Part shown: positions 37,934 through 48,324 of the stretch, piece after piece
How the letters are laid out: each line of letters starts with the position of its first letter
Position numbering within the stretch: position 1 is the stretch's first letter
Source: Anthoceros angustus
Taxonomy: Eukaryota; Plantae; Anthocerotophyta
Direction of reading: 5' to 3'
Assembly: GCA_010909165.1 (NCBI GenBank)
Contig: MU008167.1
Location: 1,550,001 to 1,614,000, forward strand
DNA: 64,000 nucleotides
The notes under the pieces: generated by a model
Database searches by the model: none
What the model was told of the DNA's origin: nothing
Seen by the model: the letters and a program-made list of their open reading frames with translations, nothing else
Position numbers and translations under genes: made by a program

Positions 37934-40900
37934 ATGGAATCATCAAGGACGTAGGAAGGACTAACCCTAAGTAGAGTCTAGCATTACTAGATTGATGGAT
38001 GCCTCGGGTGGAGACAAGCGATTCGGATCGACGCTCGCAAGACGGCAGCAAGCGCGGAAAGATTGCGGAGAGTTACGAGGAGAGCACAGGCGGAGATCAC
38101 ACTTGCGGGCGAGGAAGGGGCGAGTCAACTCGGAACTAGGATCGGATCTTAGATTGATTCCCAACTCGACTGAAGCGGTACAAGGGCCGACCGATCCACT
38201 TGTCTTTTGATCTGCTCCAGATTGCCTAGATCCGTCAAACGTGAATGTAGAGGTCACCAGGCGTAGTGGGCGTCAACTACGCATCGTTGAAAGTACTACC
38301 CGTAGTTATGGCGATCTCGTGCTCGTTACTACTAAGCAATCTTACCCGTTGTATGGAGAGAAAAGAAGGGCCATGAGGATCCCGAGTTTGTCGAGCGTTT
38401 TGAGCGGTGACGCCAACCGAGGAGGATCGCCGTTTATGGAGTCTTACGCGGGCGCCAAGTGGTACAAGCGGGAGTACATAGCCACACCCCGCCTACTTTG
38501 GGGCCTTGAAGAGAGCTTTTGTGAAAGGTTCAGAGGGTCGATGTGGAAGGATATGTCTTGTCCAAACTCGAGGGTGCGAGAGGGAAGAAGGAGACAGCTT
38601 ATGTGGAAAGGTTCCACCACGGATCGGTGGTCCTTTTCGGGCCATTCATTTGGTTTGCAAGAGGATTGAAATGGAAGGCACGTCGTCTCAGTGAGAAAGA
38701 TTTGGATCGGGCGATTAAAGCCGAGGAGAGGTCCAACGCGGAAGAGAAGAAGAACTCGAACAAGGGCGCACGGAAGGACAAAAGAAATACAAAAGAAGAA
38801 GAAGTACTATTCGTCCTCCGATGCGATCAGCGGAGGAGGATAGTTTTCAATGACTCCTCGGGTAGCTCCACGGAAGAGGAGACCAGGGATTCGGAGGAGA
38901 ATTCGGAAGGTGAGCAAGAGGGATAGAAGGAAGAAGGGAAAAATGGACTGGAAACAAGACGACGTGCAAAGGGAAGGAGCGCTATATGCACGAAAGGACG
39001 CGGAGCAGTGAGAAGAGAGGTGGAAAGCAGCCAAAAAGTGGAGCAACAAGGGAACAAGATGGAGGAAATGATGGTCAAACCGAGAAACTCCATCTTAATG
39101 CCATCAAGGACCATGATAGAAGAAGGGTTGCTCGAGCGCTGGCGAATCTCCTCAACTTGTGGACAGGGCACTCGAGGTCGACTCCACAAACAAAAGTGCA
39201 ACTCTGGCTACGAGGAGGAGGATGAGGAGATGTGCTTGGAAGATACATACCAAATTCAAGAGGCAACACCGATCTCTGGGTACCAAAACTTTGTACCTCG
39301 AGTTTGCGAAACCCCACAGTGCATGGGCATTCGCAATCGATGGCAAGGAACCCGCAAATGAGTGCCCTGTTACAATTGCCGAGGGTTCGCATCTTGCTGG
39401 ATGCCCCTCCGCATCTCGCCAGGGAATGGTGATTTTGAAAGGGTGTGGTGCAAGCAATCAGTCACGTGGCGGCGTCCTGCCGGACAAAAACAGTGAGGAT
39501 CGCTCAACCTCCATTCTGGCGACCCACCCCGCATGACAAAGCCTGCCCGTGCAAGTCGAAGATGCGCTCATGGCGGTATGGGAGGATTCCGAGGCGACGA
39601 GGAGCCCGGAAGGGTTGGGGGATGTGGATAGTGGGTATTACGGAACTCCGCGATGGCCGCCGGAGAGCGAGCGGAAGGCGGACACCCTAAGAAGGGGGAG
39701 CGAGGGAAAAAGGAAGAAGAACGGTGGGAGCTTCCATAACGTCGCAAGTGAGGAGGAAGAGGCGTCTTCATCGGGAAGGAAGAGAAGTCCAACCACAAAA
39801 ACGACGAGGGACTCGGTGAGTCGGAAAAAAGGCAGAATCCAGCGGGGAGCAAGGCACACGCCACACTTAACGCGAGGTTGCGATTTGGATGGCATCACAG
39901 TGTAACTCCCTTAGCGAGACCGCGGATTCGAGGGTGAAGTGCAAAACAAGGACGGGACGGTGGGACTCGAGTCGACACATGGGGCGAAAACCCGCAAGAG
40001 GAAAAAGGATGAGTCGGCGTTTCCTGTCGGGAAGGTTATGGATATGATCCGACAAGAATGGAACAGACTCGGTGTACACCACACACTCACCTCACTGACC
40101 GCAACATCACAGCTACCGCGGATCGAAATGACGGTGGGGTTGGCAAGGAGAAACAGAAAGCACAGTGTTCCTTTCAATTTGGCGGACGCTATCATGGACC
40201 AAAAGTTCATGATAACGCTCGGACAGCTTCTCGAGGACAATCCGCGGTACCGCCAAATCCTGGGGCATTGAACCAAGAAGAGAACCTTTCCACCCCAAGG
40301 CCGAAATCCCTTGCTGAATATGGTGGCCATGATGGACTGAGTCTGAGCTACTGAGATAGAAATTGCGGATGTGTAATCAAGAAGGTGCCGCTAGATTCCG
40401 GGTCGAGTCAACATCATGACAGGAGACCCTCGGAAGCTTGGGTTGCGATAGAACATACATCAAAGGTGTTGCGGTCGGACATGTCCAAAATGGCGCCCGG
40501 TAGGGGAGTCGGAGTCCTAACCCATATTGGTACCATTCCGTACCTCATGGACTACGTGGTCATTAAACAAAAAGCGCCAGGTATGAGGTTCTCATTGAAC
40601 ATGGATGTATGGGGCACGTTGCACCTTCAAATGGGCGAGAAAGGAAGTGGGATTCAAACCTCCGGGACCCCAAAATTAAGGAGGAAGGATATGTTTGACT
40701 TGGAGCAGATACGTGCAGGGAGACACCCACAAACGGAGGGATACACCTCAAGATACCTGGGGAGGATGAGAAGGAGAAATTCCCATTCGCATATTTCGTG
40801 GTCGATGAAGAGGACGATTCAGAGATATTCCCATTCCATCAACCTATTAGGGTGCTATGGAGTCACAATTGACAACCCGTGGTCGGGAGAGGAGACCAGG

Positions 40901-43604
40901 ACGGAGGTCGAGGAACAAGAAGTAGAGGTGGTGAGCCGAGGAGCCGATCCGACAAACTTGGTGCGAGGAGGGTGTCTCACGTTTTACCTCGACGACCTAT
41001 TCCGGAATGGGGAATGCGCCAAGGAGAACCAAGACGGAGGAGGAAGGGTTCGCATCACATCCGCCCGGTGGAGAGAGAGTGGGCAGACGGATGAGGTCAA
41101 GGATGTGGAAGTGTTGCGGCAAGGTCCTTAAGTTTTTAGCAGGATGAATGCAGACTTGGAAAGGGGTATGAAAAACATGGAATTTATCCACGTTTTGCTT
41201 TTGACGACATGAAGGGTATACCGAGGAGTGGGGAGCACAAGATTGATCTCGAGCCGGTGCCGTGCATCGGATACTACAAGCTAAATCCAAAGTATTCACA
41301 AGGTAAAGGAACAATTGAGCTCTACTTGCGCACGTCATATATCCTATTGTGACATCGGGTGGTAGCCCCAATTGTGGTGGTTCCCAAAAGCGTAAGGGAA
41401 GATACGTCAGATTGGAGGAAGTTAAACAAGGTGACCAAAAAGACCATTACCCGCTTCCATTCATAGACAACATCGGACTTAGTTGGAGAATGGTCTACCT
41501 GCTCGGATGGGTATTCGGTATAACATCTCGCTCGTGGAGAGTGATTGGCCATGCCTTCACTACATCGGGAACCTATGCCTACAAACGGAGTGCTCGGATT
41601 AACAGGGCACCAGATCCTTCATGCGATATTGTCAAGATTTTCAAGGAATACCTTAGGGACTTCATGGAGGTCTTCCTGGATGACTTCGTGTTTGGAGCGA
41701 AGATCACCTCAACCACCTTCGCAAATGTAACGGTGTCAACGACATTGTGTCTACATCCCGAGAAGTGTTATTTCGGCATGCCGAGGGTATTTTGTTGGGG
41801 CACCGCATTGCGGGGATAGAGGTCGACCGGATAAGGTCAAAATCATTACTCAAGCCACCTACCACCAAGGAGCTTAGGGATTCCTCGGAATGGTAGGCTA
41901 TTATCGAAGGTTTGTGAAGAATTTCTCCGTAAGGCGGCTCCCGCATGCTTCGAGGAGGAGTGGGAATGGACGCAAAAACGAGAGGAGGCCTTCAATGATC
42001 TTCGCACGATCACAAGACCCACGCTGGGGCCGAACAAGAAGTTCCACGTGTTTGTAGACGTTTCGCCTATGCAATCGGTACCATTCTAAGCCAAAGGGAT
42101 GACAAGAAGCACGATTATCCAATCTATTATGGAGGCGCAGGAAGAAGTATACCACCACCGAGAGGAGGCGCTAGGATGGTGTACTCGGTTCGCAAGTTTC
42201 GTCACTATTTGCTATCCTACGAGTTCGTCTTCCATGTGGACCACTTCGCCTCAAACACCGTAAACAAAACCGACTTGTCGGACGCGCATAGCAAGATGGA
42301 TCCTACTCCAAGAATTCACGCTCACGGTGGAGACCAGAGGAGGAGTAAACATGTGAATGCAGATTACATTTCGAGGCTGAGAGGAGGTTACAGACCAAAA
42401 CGACGATTTTCCGATGAAGCTCATCGCGGCGAGTTAGAGGGCGCACCGAACCATAAGGCGAGGGTAAATGGTGGCTCGGGAAATGAGAAGGGAGAACGGA
42501 TACACAAGGCCCACTCACGAGGATGATGGAATTCTTGGAACGGGAAAATACCATCGGATCTTTCAAACCCCGCGTTTGCACTATTCGCGTCCGCTTTATG
42601 CGCAAAGACAATCTGCATGATCGGGACCGGATGGGACAGTTATGTATGGGGAGCGAGTTATCCGAGTCTTGTCGAGATGCACGAGGGGAAGCGGAGGACA
42701 TTTTGACATATCACGTGCAAGAAGGTGCTTGAAACGGGTACGGTGGCAAACCATGCAGATGCTAGGAGTTTGTTAAACGCGATGCCCTCGAGAGGGTTGG
42801 GAAACCAACCTCAATGGCCAATGGTTCCAATATTGGCCCGCGTCGAGAAATGGGGAATAGACTTTGTTGGTCCATACACGAGGACGCGACAAAACCAATA
42901 CATCCTCGTGCCACGACTATTGCAGCGTATGGTGGAAGCCCAAGCACGCAGTGACCACATGTAGTGGCAGTTCCTCTATGAAACATTATCACTCGATATG
43001 GCTGCTTGAGCTTGTCGTGAGGGTCACATTTTAATCAGCGGTTATATCTCATATGACGATCTACTTCAACGTTCGCCAGAAAACGACTCCTTATAATCCC
43101 AAGGCAAATGGGCGGAAAAGGCGAATGGGCTCTTGTGCGGGATCCTCAACAAGCTAACGGTGGAATACGCGTCGATTGGGATCTTAAGCTTCACTCCGCC
43201 TGGGCATACAGGATCGCAGAGAACGCAACAAACACCGTACTACCTCACCTCGGCCATTCTCCAGAATGCCTATTGAGTTTGAAATTCCCACCGCGTATCC
43301 AACTAACCGCATGGCGAGGAAAGTCACCGGTGGGCGCCTTCGCTACAAACATAGAGGATAGGGGCAGGCGTTGAGCGTCGTGATATTCGGTAAAAGGAAA
43401 ATATGGCATGACATGTTGCGGAAGCAAGAGTGGGTGGTCGTGACTTGGCCTCATTGCGACAATAGGTACATGCACTTTCGCAAGCTCCACCTTCGATGGA
43501 TGGGGCCATATAGGGTTCTCAAGTCTTCAAAAAGACAAGCAAGAGTTAGCAGGTGGCCTCCCACCCGAGTCAATGGGTGGAGGGTCAAGAAGTATTATAC
43601 ATAA
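37934..43604 (+). pseudogene. Gypsy gag-pol, copy 2 (heavily frameshifted as assembled)
   Basis: Same domains as copy 1: VPLDSGSS (40394), KVTKKDHYPLPFIDN, EYLRDFMEVFLDDF, MVYSVRKFRHYLLSYEFVFHVDH, EKWGIDFVGP, HLRWMGPYRVLK...RVNGWRVKKYYT*. Confidence 0.88.
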
Positions 43605-43626
43605 GTTGGCGGGGACGCCAACAAAT

Positions 43627-43636
43627 GAGAAGGGAG
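43627..43636 (+). promoter_or_regulatory. Polypurine tract of internal region 2
   Basis: GAGAAGGGAG, 2 nt before LTR3. Confidence 0.8.
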
Positions 43637-43638
43637 TA

Positions 43639-46600
43639 TGTAACGATCTAGTCTCGAAACCCCTGTTAAAATGTGCCCAAGTGAATTTTTGTTTTTGGTC
43701 AGGTGGTGAAAATAAGTCGATTGACGTGGTTGGATATTCATAGTAAAAATGTCCTTGGCCTATGGAGTTCTTTTTGTTTTATTGCCTAGGTTAGAAAATA
43801 AATGGTCCGGAATTTGGTGTTCCTTGGCCCATGGACTCGGAATGTTCCCTAAAAAGTCTATATATGTGAGATAGGGGGTTTGGAATAATTAGAGTCTATA
43901 AGTTGGGGTCGGCCGGTAGCCGAATGAGTGTGGGGTTGTGGATTGGGATGTGGAAGCGGTCGAGGAGAGAGCAGGGGGAGAACCCGGGAAACTTAACCCT
44001 AGGAAATGACAATCCCGTTCAAACAACGGGCGGACGGGAGCGAGCGGGCGAGCGCGACGGCGGGCGCCGACGAAGTCGAGGAGGCTGTCCGGGGCACCGT
44101 GATCGGCGGGAGGCGCGCGCGGAAGGAAGCTCAACCCCGTCGGCGAGGCGCGACGCAGAGGAGGAAGGCGCGGCAGGGCGCGCTCAGGAGGTAGGAACCA
44201 CGGAGACCTCCTGAAATTCAGCAGGTGGCGTTGGTTGTGGCGCGAGAAGGAAGTGAGAGGGATGGCGCCAAGGTCACCACCAGTGTGCCCAATGGCCGAA
44301 CATGGATCATTGGAAAGTTCTGGGAGCTGGTGAAGGAGTCAAGCCGGGTTTCATGGAAGAGCGGTGGAATTACATGAACTGGGTGCAGGAGTGTGCGCAC
44401 ACAAACACCAAAGGGGATTTAGAGCGAAGCCGCAGGATTGGGACCGGATGGTTAGAAGGTGTGTAAGCAAGGAGGAGGCGGGCGGGTTGGTGATGGAGCC
44501 GCCCAGAAAAGAAGCACGGCAGCAGCCCGCCCGTTAAAGCGGAACCGGCTGGTTGACGAGGGATTTGGCAAGCTTGATGGGTCAGCGGTCTCCTATGTTT
44601 CCAGACAAGAAGCGGGATTATTTGTCGACCACTTGCTCCTTCATGAAGTGGTCAAGGCGAAGATCGATTGAAGGCGAATTCTCTTGACAAGTTGTGTGAG
44701 AGGTGGAGATTGTAGCCTCCCTCCACATGTGGAAGCCGGTTAGGGAGGTGAAATGGAAGGCGGAGGAGCCCAAGGAGGAAAAATCGGATAGCTGGGAGTC
44801 GGTGGCGACAGGCAGTTCGGAGGAGGAGAAGGAAATTCCCACCAGCAAAAGGAGGAAGACCGGGGGTGAAAGGCGGGCATCAGCGAAAAAGGTGAAGGCG
44901 GATGCGCGTCACTGTGTCAACGGCGCCGCTCTGAAATGAAAGCCAAAGCGGTTGGAGGTGGCGAGGAGGCGCGATCCGAGGACAATTTTTGACACGGATG
45001 CGGATGATGAATCAACTCCGGAGGGTTTAGGGGCGACCTCGAGGCGGACCCTCCTCAAAGATGGGAAGAGATTTTCAAGGGACTCCAGCAGCGAGGTGGA
45101 TGCAACCGAATTGGTGAGGTGCGCACCTGGGAGGAAAGTTCTCGACGGAGGGATGGCGTCGGTGGGGCCGCCACAACAAGTGGACTTGCAGCGACCACGT
45201 CGATGATCCGGGCCCAAGCGCATTTGTTGGATCAAGCGGCTTTAGCTCTCACGCTCTGTGCGGGCGGAGGAAGTGGTGAAGGCCGGGTTTGACGAAGAGG
45301 AGGCCAAGCGCAAGCAATCGGAGGAAGACAAGCGGAACCTAGAGGAAATAAGGGCCAAGATTCAAGAAGATTTGTGCGGGGCCTGTGAGAAGTTGCAAGC
45401 CATGACGAGCAGGAAGCACTCATGGCTCAAATTAAGGATGCCCACGAGGCGAACCAGAGATGCGGGGAGTTGTTGCGAGCCAGAGGCGAAGCGGCCTCGT
45501 GGAAAAGGCCCATAAGCTAGCGGAGCGATAAGAGAGCAGGTAGCGGGACAAAAAAGCGGAAGGCCTGAGCGGAAGGCGGCAACCGAGGTAGCCGAAACCT
45601 CACCTACGCGTTCTTGAGCGACAGTCGTGGAGTCCACTACGCAGTAGTCAAACCGCTACATTGGCGCAACCAACCCGGCAGGCGGGGCGGCGATGCGCGT
45701 GGCGCCTCGCGAGGACATAGGCGCAACCGTGTAGCCTACGGGAGGAGGGTAAGCACTCACCGTGAGGGGTCCTATTATATTACGGCACATGGATGAGGAA
45801 ACTTATGTGCTCTATATGTGAATGGAGAACGCGTGCTTAACCTCACGTCCATGTAGGAGGGATCGGGGCCTACCTACGCAAGTGAGGACCCGTGCATACT
45901 TCTGCCGGGTGTGGGGTTGGCTCCTATTATGCGGAGGCGACTTTGGAGGAGTTGAGCGAGGAGGAGGTCCAGCTTGGGTGGACGAGGAGCCGTAATAATC
46001 TCGGCAATAGGCCGGAAGATGCAGCCCCAGGTACACCTCAAATTCGGACGTCCAGCGTGGTGAGGTGGAAGTAGTGTGGGAGAACTCAGGCCAGCGTGGC
46101 GGGAGAGCTCGTGGCGGCAGCAATGGAGGACGTGGGGCAGGCCAAGAGGTGGTGGGCAGATAGCGGGTGGTAGCAACCTAAAGATAATTTGGTTAGGATC
46201 TTGCTGGACCTAGGATCGCTCCGAATTGTGGGCGCGTCTCTTCGCGATAGCCATCTTAGGACCTAAAATCCGGCGGTGCCCCCGATGTATAAGAGGGGCG
46301 ATAGGTCCCTCACGCCGAGATAATTCTGGTTGAGATCCCCACGCCTGTGGCTGGTTGGAGACGTTGAGAGGCGTGAGGCGCTCCTAGGGGTGGTCGAGAG
46401 CTTGCTCCTGGGGAGGAGGGTGATAGCAATCTTGGCGACAAAGGAGAAACCAAAATTGGCGCGGGCGGGTGGAGCTTGCTCGTGCCCGTGGCCTTGGGGT
46501 TCTTCTTTCCTTCACACTTGTCCCGCTAGTTGTGTTCAATTAAGCGAGAAGTGTTGAGTGGATGGTTGGAAGCCCGAGTTGAGGAGAGAGAGAGAGAGGG

Positions 46601-47220
46601 AGAAGATTGGGTGAAGGAGTGACTAAACAGCATGCGATGCGAGGTGTGAGAGGGGTTGAGAAGGGAACTAATTGAGAGGCTAGCGGTGGAGATTTGTGTG
46701 AATCCAAAAGAAACCGGTCTGCTGGTGGAAGCGTGCATGAGAACAGTTCCCTTGTAAAGTGTGAATGTGGCGCCTTTGTGTGTGTGTGGGCGGTGAGGAT
46801 TTGTGGAATTTAGGTCCCTAGGAATCGGTGTGTGTGCATGAAGTGTGGAGTGCGAGAATAAAGCCGGATCCGTGCGGTGGGGCCGCGTGCGGATCCATGC
46901 GCCGTCTTGGAATAAGTCGCTAGGGTTTGGTGTGGGACCCACCTCGGTGGTCGAAGCAACTACCGGTGAGAACACCGCGGTCGTGGAATGAGATTTGCGG
47001 TCGTGGAATAAGAGCATGGTGGCTAGAGTCGGGGGTAGTAGTGGTTGAGTAGATAGGTAAGAGGGTAATAGTAAGTCTTGACTTAGGTGAAGGTCGAGGC
47101 GATAGAAGTTAGCGTCTCTTGGCACAAACCATTCCCTTGGGAGCGAATCCTAAGCCTACAACGACATTGAGGGTGAATGTGGACCTCACGGTGTCCTTGG
47201 ACACGAATCCACACTCCACA
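43639..47220 (+). repeat. LTR3 (3' LTR, 3582 bp)
   Basis: Starts TGTAACGATCTAG, ends ...CCACACTCCACA, followed directly by TSD GACAT and resumed CACTA sequence. Confidence 0.92.
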
Positions 47221-47654
47221 GACATGTTGAAGGAGGCAGGATACCTAACTGATGAATGCGACGGGAAGATCATGGAAGCCATCATGAAGCTAAATGTTGC
47301 TGATGATGGGTGGATGGTGAGGATTATCTTCCCGCAAATTGGCGAAGGATGCCGAGGGCCGAGGATGCATAAGCCCGCTTTAGGTGAGAGTCTTGGTTCG
47401 TGTTCGAGACAACCTCTCATTTGTCTATGCTTGTTACGAATTTGCTAATGGCATCCTTTTTGGAAGTTGGATTATTCTTGGGGCCATGCATTAGAGTTGC
47501 GGTGGTGGAGATGATGTGAATTGCACCTAGTGGAATGTAGGGATGAGCTAAAGACTAGAGTGTAGAATAGTTGCGTGATCTGGTCTGGATAGTAGATTCA
47601 GGCCATTTTTTGTCAACATACTCCCAAACACCCTAAATTCTAAGCTACTTATAC

Positions 47655-48165
47655 TACGGATGTTTTACTACTGCCTTTTTTCTAGTTTAAAGCAACTAGA
47701 AACCCTTGTAGTATGCACTACAAGTGGTTTCCTGCAGAGCTTTTACTACAAAGTTTTACTATAGGTATTTATTACAGTCGGTTTACTACATGGCATTTTA
47801 CTACGGACGTTTTACTACATGGCATTTTACTACGGACGTTTTACTACATGGTATTTTACTACAGACATTTTAAAAGAGACCCCAGTTAACAAACCATAGG
47901 TTAAATAATACCAGTTAATAAATCATGGTTAATTAACACTAGTTAACAAACCTTGGTTTATTAACCGGTGATCTAGGTTTATCGTTTACACCGTAGTAAA
48001 AATTGGGGTTAATTTATGTAGTAAAGTAAACTATAGGTCCGCACTAACCTTATATATAAATAAATTACTCCGTATACATACCGTATTAAATTATAGTATA
48101 TAGCCGATACGATATGGGAACATTACCACGAAATTAACGCTGTGTTTACTACGGACGTTTTACTC
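47655..48165. repeat. CACTA 3' subterminal repeats including ~30-bp tandem units (tttactacatggcattttactacggacgtt)
   Basis: Dense TTTTACTAC motifs inside the right TIR. Confidence 0.85.
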
Positions 48166-48227
48166 AGTAGTAACCACAAAACCGTTGTAAAGTCCGTGTT
48201 AAAGGGCATGGTTTCCTAGTAGTGTCT

Positions 48228-48324
48228 TGAGATTCAGAGGCGGAAGAATGTGGAAAGAAGTCAAGAACACTTAAAACATCAAGAAAAACTGAAACAGCAG
48301 CAAAAAGAGCAGCAAGAGATTTAA
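48228..48324 (+). pseudogene. 3' part of the coiled-coil ORF split by CACTA
   Basis: (L)EIQRRKNVERSQEHLKHQEKLKQQQKEQQEI*, in frame with 12723-13060. Confidence 0.6.

Larger units (their letters stand above)
24666..47220 (+). mobile_element. Tandem Ty3/Gypsy (non-chromoviral, Athila/Tat-like) retrotransposon dimer: LTR-internal-LTR-internal-LTR
   Basis: Three TG...CA LTRs; single 5-bp TSD GACAT at 24661-24665 and 47221-47225; domain order gag-PR-RT-RH-IN in both internals. Confidence 0.92.
13061..48224 (+). mobile_element. CACTA (En/Spm) DNA transposon, ~5.2 kb native length, expanded to 35 kb by nested insertion and duplications
   Basis: 24-bp TIR CACTACTAGGAAACCATGCCCTTT (13061-13084) / AAAGGGCATGGTTTCCTAGTAGTG (48201-48224); 3-bp TSD TCT at 13058-13060 and 48225-48227; TTTTACTAC subterminal repeats at both ends. 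Confidence 0.93.
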
